Source: Candidatus Latescibacterota bacterium (lineage in GTDB: Bacteria; Latescibacterota; UBA2968; UBA8231). From it: 64,000 nucleotides of DNA. The stretch lies in NCBI GenBank assembly GCA_965215195.1, contig CBDCDC010000002.1, forward strand, positions 2,848,001 to 2,912,000, in the 5' to 3' direction. The number at the start of each line of letters is the position of its first letter. Position 1 is the first letter of the stretch. Positions 56,471 through 64,000 of the stretch are shown piece after piece. The position numbers and the translations under genes were made by a program. Below the pieces are notes generated by a model, which saw only the letters and a list, made by a program, of their open reading frames with translations, was not told the origin of the DNA and did no database searches.

Positions 56471-57203
56471 CTTGGTCGCCCAAAAGGGTAAAGCCGTGTT
56501 TGCGGAAGATGCCGGCGGCCGGTGCCGAGCTAAAAAACGCCAACAGGCTGCGGACCTGCGCACTGGCGCGGCCCTTGACGATGGCCGCCGGATAGACGAT
56601 GGGGCGGTGCAGTGAATCCGGCACCGTCGCTAGCGTTATTACGCGGTCGCTTTGGGCCGCATCGGTGGCGTACACCAAGCCGGCCGCGCACGCTCCGCGC
56701 TCGACGTACACTAGGGCGGCGCGGACGTCGGGTGCAGGTGCGATGCGGCTTTTGAGTGCCGGCCACCAGCCCAGCGCCTCTAGGGCTTGGCGAGCGTACT
56801 GACCGGCCGGTACGTGATCCGGGTCGCCGAGGGCCAAGCGGCCAGCGAAAGCACCGGCAAAGTCGAAGTCCCTTGCAAGGCGGACGGCAAAAGGCGCTCC
56901 CTTGGGTGCAATGACCACGAGGGCGTTGCCGAGGAGATCGACGCGAGTGTCTTGCTCAAGGTGCTGGCGCGCTTGGAGATAGCTCATCCACGCGGCATTG
57001 GCGGCAAAGTAAACGTCGGCTGGCGCCCCTGCGGCAATCTGTTTGGCCAAGGTCGAAGAGCTGGCAACGGACAGGCGCATCCCCTCGTAGCGAGTGGCTA
57101 GCTCTGAGAGTGCGGAACTCAGGCTAGCGGCGGCGAATACGCTTTGGGCCGCTGCCAGCGCAGGGCAGAGCAAGAGTAGCAGACTAAGTGTGCGCAGGGT
57201 CAT
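56457..57203 (-). CDS. modA: Molybdate-binding periplasmic protein
   Basis: Signal peptide, FAAASL, SSSTLAKQI..GAPAD, HVPAG.YA, VY.TDA, PIVYP. Confidence 0.93.
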   Translation of the reverse strand: MTLRTLSLLLLLCPALAAAQSVFAAASLSSALSELATRYEGMRLSVASSSTLAKQIAAGAPADVYFAANAAWMSYLQARQHLEQDTRVDLLGNALVVIAPKGAPFAVRLARDFDFAGAFAGRLALGDPDHVPAGQYARQALEALGWWPALKSRIAPAPDVRAALVYVERGACAAGLVYATDAAQSDRVITLATVPDSLHRPIVYPAAIVKGRASAQVRSLLAFFSSAPAAGIFRKHGFTLLGDQGVRH

Positions 57204-59550
57204 GGCGCCAAAAATCGGCCAGCGACTGGGCGATATGGGCGGGGTTGCGGACGGAATGCACCGGGTGCCAAGAGGGGGGAAAGAGCTGGCGGTAGCGGCT
57301 TTGGGCAAAGCGGCGATCGACGAGGAGGATCGCGCCGCGGTCGCTTGCGGTGCGAATGACGCGGCCGGCGGCCTGCAACACGCGATTCATGCCCGGATAG
57401 ACGTAGGCGTACGCAAAGCCGGGAATCTCGCGCTCGTCGAAATAGTGGCGGATTAGGTCGCGCTCCAAGCAGAGCTGCGGCAGCCCAACGCCGACGATCA
57501 CCGCCCCGACTAGTCGCTCGCCGACTAAATCGATCCCCTCGCCAAAGACGCCGCCCATCACCGCAAAACCCACTGTGTACTGCGCGGCCTGTGCGTCGAA
57601 TGCGGAGAGGAACGCCTCGCGCTGGCGGTCGGACATGCCGCTTTCTTGGACGAGGAGGTCGATGCTCGGGTACGCGTCGGCAAAGCGCGTCGCCACCTCC
57701 TCCATGTATTTGTACGAAGGGAAAAAGGCGAGGTAGTTGCCCGTGCGCTGGCTGACGAGGGCGGCGATGGACTCGGCGATGGCGTCGTAGCTCTCGCCGC
57801 GCTTTTTGTACGTCGTCTCAATGTGGTCGGCCAGCAGCAGGCGCAGGTGCTCGGGAGGGAAAGGCGAACCAAGGCTCAGCAAAGTGTCCCCCTCCTCGCC
57901 GCCGAGCAGGTCGCGGAAGTACGCCAGCGGCGAGAGCGTGGCCGAAAAGAATACGGCCGCACAGCCGCGCCCTAGGGCTTGGCGGATATTTTGCGCTGGG
58001 TCGAGACAGAAGAGCCGGAAGCGAATGTCCCGCCCCTGTTTTTCGGTGTACGTGGTATAGTGCTCGTCGAAAAGCTCGCCGATGCGCTCAAAGCCCAGCG
58101 CCCGGAAGTAGCACTCGATCAATTCGTCCCAAAAGGGCAAGGCCCCGCCCTGCGCTAGGACCTTCTCGGCGGCGCGGAGGACATTGTGGACCAGTGCCAT
58201 CAGATCCGTCGGCAGTTGCGGGCTGATCCAGCACTCGCCGTCGCCTTCCTGTTCGACCTTGTTGCCGAGCTTGGCAAAGTAGCGGTTGAGGGCATCGAGC
58301 TGTTGGCTTAGGTCGGGATGCGTCTTGCCGACTAAGTGCTTTAGCGCGGCGATTTCGGCCTTGCCAAGATCGGCCGAGAACATTTCGCGCGCCCGATCGA
58401 CGAGATTGTGCGCCTCGTCGACGAGGAAGGCGTATTGCCCGCCGGCGTCTTGGAAGAAGCGCTTGAGGAAGGCGCGCGGATCGAAGACGTGGTTGTAATC
58501 GCAGATGATGACGTCGGTCCACGGCGCGAGGTCGAGCGAAAATTCAAAGGGGCAGACGCGGTGCTTTTGGGCGCATTCCTCGATGAGGGACCGAGTGAAG
58601 GCGTCGCGGGTGAAGATGTCTGCAAGCGCGTCGTTGATGCGGTCGTAGTAGCCGCGGGCGAACTCGCATTGCTCGGGATCGCAGGTGCTGCCGCCGTTGG
58701 GTTTGAAGCAGACCTTGTCGCGGGCCGTCAGCGTCAGGCTCTTGAGGCGTGCGCCCCCCCCGCGCAGGTCGTCGATGGCCTTTTCGGCGACCCGGCGTCC
58801 GCTAGTTTTGGCCGTCAGGTAGAAAATTTTTTCAGCATGGCCCAAGCCGAGGGCCTTGGCGGCCGGGAACAGGGTCGAGATGGTCTTGCCGATGCCGGTA
58901 GGTGCTTGGGCAAAGGCTCGACCGCGGCCGTCGATGGTGCGATAAGTGGCCACGGCCAGATCGCGCTGGCCGGGTCGGTATTCGGCAAAGGGGAATTCGA
59001 GTGCCGCAAGCGAAGAGTCGCGCTCGGCGCACCACTGGTGATACAGCCGCGCCCAATGCAGGTAGCGCTCGATGAGATCGGCGCAAAACGCCGCTAGTTC
59101 GTCGTACGCAAAGGTGCGACGGTCCTCGCGGCGCTTATGGGTATCTAACTGAAGGTACGTTAGCTGGATGTCGATGGCGTCGAGCCCACTTTGCTCGGCG
59201 ACCATAAAGGCGTAGAGCTTGGCCTGCGCCCAATGCGCTAGGTTTTCAGCAATCTCGTCGAGCTCGGCCTCGGTGGTCTTGATTTCCTCGACGAGCACGG
59301 CGTCGTCTTCGACGAGCAGGCCGTCGATGCGGCCGCTTATTTCGAGGGCGATCTCGTCGGTCTCGACTAGGTGGGAGATGGGCACTTCCGCCCGATAGTC
59401 GGCGGGGCGGGCGCGCTGGACTTGCTGGTGGCCGCGCGTGCCTTCCACTAGGCGGTCGGGGCGGGAAAAGCCGCCGAAAATTAGGTCGCCGGAGCGCAGC
59501 ACGAAGCCGACAAGTTCGCGCACCGAGGTTTTGAGCAGGCGCGGGGGCAT
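57184..59550 (-). CDS. DinG/XPD-like Fe-S helicase with N-terminal PD-(D/E)XK nuclease domain
   Basis: GRIDG...EEIKT...AQAKLY; APTGIGKT, Fe-S cysteines, DEAHN, SATL, EGID, QAAGRVIR. Confidence 0.9.
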   Translation of the reverse strand: MPPRLLKTSVRELVGFVLRSGDLIFGGFSRPDRLVEGTRGHQQVQRARPADYRAEVPISHLVETDEIALEISGRIDGLLVEDDAVLVEEIKTTEAELDEIAENLAHWAQAKLYAFMVAEQSGLDAIDIQLTYLQLDTHKRREDRRTFAYDELAAFCADLIERYLHWARLYHQWCAERDSSLAALEFPFAEYRPGQRDLAVATYRTIDGRGRAFAQAPTGIGKTISTLFPAAKALGLGHAEKIFYLTAKTSGRRVAEKAIDDLRGGGARLKSLTLTARDKVCFKPNGGSTCDPEQCEFARGYYDRINDALADIFTRDAFTRSLIEECAQKHRVCPFEFSLDLAPWTDVIICDYNHVFDPRAFLKRFFQDAGGQYAFLVDEAHNLVDRAREMFSADLGKAEIAALKHLVGKTHPDLSQQLDALNRYFAKLGNKVEQEGDGECWISPQLPTDLMALVHNVLRAAEKVLAQGGALPFWDELIECYFRALGFERIGELFDEHYTTYTEKQGRDIRFRLFCLDPAQNIRQALGRGCAAVFFSATLSPLAYFRDLLGGEEGDTLLSLGSPFPPEHLRLLLADHIETTYKKRGESYDAIAESIAALVSQRTGNYLAFFPSYKYMEEVATRFADAYPSIDLLVQESGMSDRQREAFLSAFDAQAAQYTVGFAVMGGVFGEGIDLVGERLVGAVIVGVGLPQLCLERDLIRHYFDEREIPGFAYAYVYPGMNRVLQAAGRVIRTASDRGAILLVDRRFAQSRYRQLFPPSWHPVHSVRNPAHIAQSLADFWRHDPAHT

Positions 59551-59552
59551 GG

Positions 59553-59562
59553 TGTTATAATA
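59553..59562. promoter_or_regulatory. Overlapping divergent -10 elements
   Basis: Plus strand TGTTATAAT (extended -10) toward mtnP; minus strand TATTAT 6 nt before the helicase ATG. Confidence 0.5.
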
Positions 59563-59601
59563 TAGGGTCGCTATTAGGCACTTGCATTTTCACAGGAGAG
59601 G

Positions 59602-60477
59602 ATGATGAGTCAATCCGCAGTCTTGGGCGTCATTGGCGGGTCGGGGTTGTACCATATAGAAGGGGCTGAAACGGTCGCCGAGCACCGGCTAGATACGCCC
59701 TTTGGCGCACCCTCGGACGCCATTGTCGAGGCGCGAATCGGCGAGCGCACACTGCATTTCCTGCCGCGACATGGCCGCGGGCATCGGCTGCTGCCGAGCG
59801 AAGTACCCTCTCGCGCCAATATCCACGCACTCAAGCAACTAGGGGTGAACCACGTTTTGGCCATCAGTGCCTGCGGCATCATGCAGGAGAATATCCGGCC
59901 TGGGGACATGATCGTGCCCGACCAAATTTTCGACCGCACGCGCGGACAACGCCCATCGACGTTCTTTGGCGACGGTATCGCCGGACATGTGATGTTCGCC
60001 GACCCGTTCTGTGCAGGGTTGCGGGGCGTGGTCATTGCGGCGGCACGGGCGGCAGGTGCCAACGTCCACGAGGGCGGCACCTACCTCTGCATGGAGGGAC
60101 CAGCCTTTTCCACCCGCGCTGAGTCGCATTTCTACCGCAACGCCGTGGGCGCGGCCGTGATCAGCATGACCGCTCTGCCCGAGGCCAAGCTGGCGCGCGA
60201 GGCGGAAATGTGTTACGCGCTGCTGGCCACGGGCACGGACTACGACTGCTGGCACGAGGAGGAAGAAGACGTGACCGTCGATCAAGTGCTGGCAGTGCTA
60301 CGGGCCAACAGCACCTTGGCCAAGCAGATCGTCTCCGAGGTTGCCACGCGCCTGCCGCCCGAATCCACTTGCCCTTGTTTGCACGCGGCCGAACGCGCCA
60401 TTCTCACCGACCCAGCGGCGATTCCTTTAGAGGCGAAGGAGCGGCTCCGGGTTCTCTATGGAAAGTATTGGGATTGA
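59602..60477 (+). CDS. mtnP: S-methyl-5'-thioadenosine phosphorylase
   Basis: GVIGGSG, TPFG.PS, RHG.GH, EGPAFSTRAES, MT..PEAKLAREAE, TDYDCW. Confidence 0.94.
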   Translation: MMSQSAVLGVIGGSGLYHIEGAETVAEHRLDTPFGAPSDAIVEARIGERTLHFLPRHGRGHRLLPSEVPSRANIHALKQLGVNHVLAISACGIMQENIRPGDMIVPDQIFDRTRGQRPSTFFGDGIAGHVMFADPFCAGLRGVVIAAARAAGANVHEGGTYLCMEGPAFSTRAESHFYRNAVGAAVISMTALPEAKLAREAEMCYALLATGTDYDCWHEEEEDVTVDQVLAVLRANSTLAKQIVSEVATRLPPESTCPCLHAAERAILTDPAAIPLEAKERLRVLYGKYWD

Positions 60478-60479
60478 CA

Positions 60480-60680
60480 ACCCATTCAACGAACCCTTCA
60501 GCCCGCACGATCAGACCCAGCTCTGCACCGGAGTTTTCCTCTGCGAAGATGGGCCGTGCTGCCCAGCGGCGGCGACACGGGCTACGCCGGCATCTTGCCC
60601 TTGGACGACGACCACGCGCTCATCGCGTACTACTTGACCCACGAATCGCCCGACCGGGGTTCTTGCGTCTATTTGTCTTT
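60480..60680 (+). pseudogene. C-terminal remnant of a BNR/sialidase-like beta-propeller protein
   Basis: VLPSGGDTGYAGILPL...IAYYLTHE....VYL resembles recalled C-termini of this family; no N-terminus or start. Confidence 0.35.
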
Positions 60681-60834
60681 TCAGTACTCATCGAGGATTG
60701 ACCACGGAGATTTGCCCATGGCGGAACGTTTTAGAATAGCGGTCGTCGGCGTCGGCCGGATTGGCGCATTCCACGCCCGCCACGTCCAAGAGCTGGCCAG
60801 CGAGCGGGGCGATTGCGCGTTGACCGCGGTAGTA

Positions 60835-61719
60835 ACCAATGGTGCTAGTGAGTTGACCGTGGTCGAGGTAGTTCCTACGCTGAGGGTGTCCCCCCTTCCA
60901 GCGAAGGAGCGTCCCATGACCACGGCCGAGTTTATAATAGCCCTCTTCTATCGGATCGACAACCAGATGGGCGATGTGCCCAAACACCCCCAAGCCGCCT
61001 TATATCCCAGCGAAACGGTGACCCTGGCGGTTCTATATGCGCTCAAAGGGGACGGCAAACGGGCGTTTTATCGCTGGGTAGTGCGCGATTGGCGCGCCTT
61101 TTTCCCGCGCCTGCCCGAACGCACCCGCTTGTTCCGCCTGTTTGTCGCCCATGCGGACTGGACCGATCGCTTTCGAGCGGACCCCACCCCCTTAGGCGTG
61201 ATCGATAGCTATGGCATCGAGTTGATCCATCCAGTACGCGAAGGCCGCTCCGCTCACCCTATCGGCCAGAAAGGGTTGTCCAATCACCGCTGGATCGTCG
61301 GCGGCAAGCTGGGCTTGATCGTCAACCAGTGGGGCTTGATCGTCGATTGGGATTGTAACACGGCCAATGTCCACGATTCGGTCTTTCACCCGATGATTGG
61401 TCGCTACGAAGAGCAGATGATCCTCCTCAGCGACCAAGGCTTTCATGCCAAAGAAGGTGATCCGGCTAATCTGAAAGTGTGTCCCCGCAAAACCTGGGGC
61501 GACCGGATGGTCATCGAGACCGTCTTTTCGATGCTGACCCGCATTGGCCGGTTCAAGCGACAGACCCATCGAGCTTGGGCCTACTTTAGAGCGCATCTGA
61601 GCGCGGCCATGGCCGCCTTTAACCTGCTGGCACAGTGGCATGGATTGCAACCGGATGAAAATGGATTCGTCCCGTTGTCCATCGCGGAATTTAGCTTGTA
61701 GCCCACTAGCACCATTGGT
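60835..61719 (+). mobile_element. IS982-family insertion sequence (885 bp)
   Basis: Perfect 16-bp TIR ACCAATGGTGCTAGTG / CACTAGCACCATTGGT; 5-bp TSD TAGTA at 60830-60834 and 61720-61724; element certain, family call by resemblance. Confidence 0.88.
60916..61701 (+). CDS. DDE transposase
   Basis: LYPSETVT, LPERTRLFR, VIDS, ANVHD, SDQG, R..IETVFS; AAGGAG RBS. Confidence 0.9.
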   Translation: MTTAEFIIALFYRIDNQMGDVPKHPQAALYPSETVTLAVLYALKGDGKRAFYRWVVRDWRAFFPRLPERTRLFRLFVAHADWTDRFRADPTPLGVIDSYGIELIHPVREGRSAHPIGQKGLSNHRWIVGGKLGLIVNQWGLIVDWDCNTANVHDSVFHPMIGRYEEQMILLSDQGFHAKEGDPANLKVCPRKTWGDRMVIETVFSMLTRIGRFKRQTHRAWAYFRAHLSAAMAAFNLLAQWHGLQPDENGFVPLSIAEFSL

Positions 61720-62927
61720 TAGTAGATGGCTACGGCGACTTGGCCGCCGAGGTCGCGGCCCAGCTACAGACTGGCCAAGAAACGGCGATTGGCGTTTTCA
61801 AAGACGTGGAGGAACTGGTCGCGGCTAAGGCAGCCGACGGCGCGTTCATTGCCTCGCGCACTGAAAACCACTACCGCGATGCCCAAATTTTGATCGACGC
61901 GGGCTGGCGCGTCTTGATGGAAAAGCCGCTGACGCATTCCTTGGCCACCGCGCGGGAGTTCGCCGCCTATCTGGACGCCGACGCCTTTGGCCGCACGGCC
62001 CTGATGCAGGCTTTTATGCGCCGCTTCGACGCCCCGCTGTTGTGGGCCAAAGCCCTGTTGGATCGAGGTGCTATTGGTGCGCCGTTCAAGATCGCTTCAA
62101 TCCTCGAAGATCCCGTGCCGCCGCCCCACGGGTACAATAGCTCCGGCCTGCTTTCGGATATGGCGGTCCACAACATCGACGAGATTCTCTGGCTCGGTGG
62201 GCAACAGCCCGAGCGGCTAGCTGGCTTTGGCAGCCTGCTTTACAACCAGCAGCACACGGACGTCAAAGAGGATTTCGACGACGCGCTCTTGCAGATGTAC
62301 TTTCCCGAAAACCTGATTGGCCAAGTGACGGTGAGCCGCAACCACGTAGCCGGGTATCGCAACGAGACGTGGGTTTACGCCACGGAGGGGGTGGTGCATG
62401 TGGGGGCCTTTGGTGCGGATCCGCTTAGAGTGGAAGCGGAAGCATTTGGGCGGCGGGGTTTAATTGAGCGGCGAGAATTCGCCCTGCGCGATTACGGCGC
62501 AGAAGTGCCGTTTTTTATCGAGCGCTTCGGGCCGGCGTACAAGGCCGAGGTAGCTCACTACATCGACCAGTGCCGCGCTGGCGCGCCGTTTGCCGTTGAT
62601 CACCGCGATGGGCTGAGGGCGCTGGAGATCGCGATGGTGGGAAGCGGGGCGTTGCAGGGGCGCGAAGGGGGCGTAGCGGTTGATTTTGCCGAGCGCGATT
62701 GAGACAGCAGAGAGCTAATTTTTGGGAAGTGCGGATATGGCACCAGTACGCGCATGGTCCTCGAGCCGCCGCGCCGCACGCCCAAAGGGGCGGAACGGTT
62801 CCTGCGGGTCTTGCATTATACCCTTTGCAATGGTTTTATTCGCAGTGAGGAAGTGCCTCGCGCCGAAGAGAAAGATAGCGTACAGTAGCTGCGGCGGATG
62901 AACGAGACCTGACGATAGGAGGTTGTT

Positions 62928-63347
62928 ATGGTACCAGCCTGCGCCCTGCTTATTTTTTTCTTAGATATCGTCCTGTTTTTCGGATGGAGAGCAGAGATAT
63001 CAGCCAATTTCGTCCTGTTTTTTTTCGCCTTGTTTTTTCCCCTATATTTCGGATGGAGAGCAGAAAAGCAGCGCGAACGGCTGGAACAGCTAGCCGATCG
63101 GCTGCGCCGGCTCTACGAGCACGCCGGTCGGCCGGGCCTGCGGGTACGCCGTCCCAGACGACTTCACCTTGAGATGCATCAGGCCCTCCGAGATATGGAA
63201 AAGAGCCTCAGGACCTTGGAGCGGCACCACCAAATCCAGCGCCGTCGGCTGCGCTATCCCCGGCTGTTAATTGACGACCCCAAGTCTGTCCTCGACAATA
63301 TGGATCAGCGCCTCTCGCGGCTGGAAGAGGTCACCGCCCTCAGATAA
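62928..63347 (+). CDS. Hypothetical membrane protein with coiled-coil tail
   Basis: AGGAGG RBS, two hydrophobic segments each ending FGWRAE, charged helical C-terminus. Confidence 0.5.
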   Translation: MVPACALLIFFLDIVLFFGWRAEISANFVLFFFALFFPLYFGWRAEKQRERLEQLADRLRRLYEHAGRPGLRVRRPRRLHLEMHQALRDMEKSLRTLERHHQIQRRRLRYPRLLIDDPKSVLDNMDQRLSRLEEVTALR

Positions 63348-63701
63348 AGGAACCGAGCCGTGCGAGTGCCGTTGTTGGTCAAGGACCAGGCGACGCACGG
63401 CGATGTAGCTATCTGCGCCACCTTCTTTTTAAGCTGTCGTAAACCATATTGGTTTTACGACAGCTTTTTATTGTTAGTCCAGCGTCAGTTTTATCGTCTT
63501 CGCCGCGTCTATGCATATAATAGAGCAGGTGCGCGGACGTCTTGCTAAAGCATGCACCATATCGCTCCGCCGAAATCGAAGATGTAGTGCAGGAGGCCGC
63601 CAGCTAAGCCTTTCACCATCGCAATCGGCTCCGCGACCCAAGTGGCCGTTGACCAATTGTCAGAGAAAACCTTAACTACACGACAGTAGGGCCTTACCCT
63701 C

Positions 63702-63728
63702 GGATCGAGGGCGGGACGCCCTCGATCC
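63702..63728. repeat. REP-like palindrome copy 2
   Basis: GGATCGAGGGCG-GGA-CGCCCTCGATCC 12-bp stem. Confidence 0.6.
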
Positions 63729-64000
63729 CGGACTCATCGGAAACAGCAAAAAAGGCGTACTCAAAGTCAAGGTCCTAGTACCGGCTCCGATCGCGTCATA
63801 CGGGGAGGAAACTTCGGTATTTTCCTTCGACACGTGCGGTCAGCGTATCGCACCGGCTACTCGCCCAGCAATCGCTCCGTCGCCGTAGGTGTACGCATCT
63901 TGATGACTCGTTAGTTTTTCCTCGGCTCTTCCCAAGCGGTTCGACCTCGGCGACGGAATTCTCTATTAAAAGCTCCGATGAGCGCATAGGAGGAAGACCA

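Larger units (their letters stand above)
60718..62702 (+). pseudogene. Gfo/Idh/MocA oxidoreductase interrupted by an IS
   Basis: N-terminus MAERFRIAVVGVGRIG...LTAVV rejoins in frame with DGYGDLAAEVAAQ...MEKPL...DMAVHNID when the IS and one TSD are removed. Confidence 0.92.

Noticed and set aside
60556-61701. Single 381-aa gene as given by the ORF track
   Set aside because: It is a chimera of a gene relic, an oxidoreductase N-terminus, the IS end and the transposase
63796-64000. Gene at the right window edge
   Set aside because: Only short frames without recognisable motifs; cannot be called from this window

Overview
GC-rich Gram-negative bacterial chromosome segment. Repeated PhyH and Gfo/Idh/MocA paralogues, a TonB-dependent receptor and an ankyrin remnant suggest an FCB-group, possibly host-associated organism (inference only). 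Housekeeping and metabolic genes (oadGBA-birA, phoX, recQ, ftsY, queG-rseP-cdsA-uppS, dusB, ino1, pnuC, pheA, modABC, DinG-like helicase, mtnP) alternate with accessory islands. (1) A type III R-M operon has a ThsB-like TIR gene and a small multi-TM effector nested between res and mod. (2) A type II R-M pair has an apparently truncated nuclease. (3) There are several toxin-antitoxin remnants and an IS982-family element inserted into an oxidoreductase. (4) The most striking region is a ~13 kb co-oriented cluster (39.4-52.4 kb) with Ser/Thr kinases carrying swapped C-terminal modules, a PP2C, five FHA domains, an active plus a catalytically dead trypsin-TM-FHA pair, a MotA/ExbB-like channel and an Asp-bearing TM-anchored vWA partner. 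One kinase ends in an FGE/C-lectin domain with hallmarks of a remote DGR target. No rRNA, tRNA, CRISPR array or reverse transcriptase was seen. All assignments come from motif recognition; no database searches were run.
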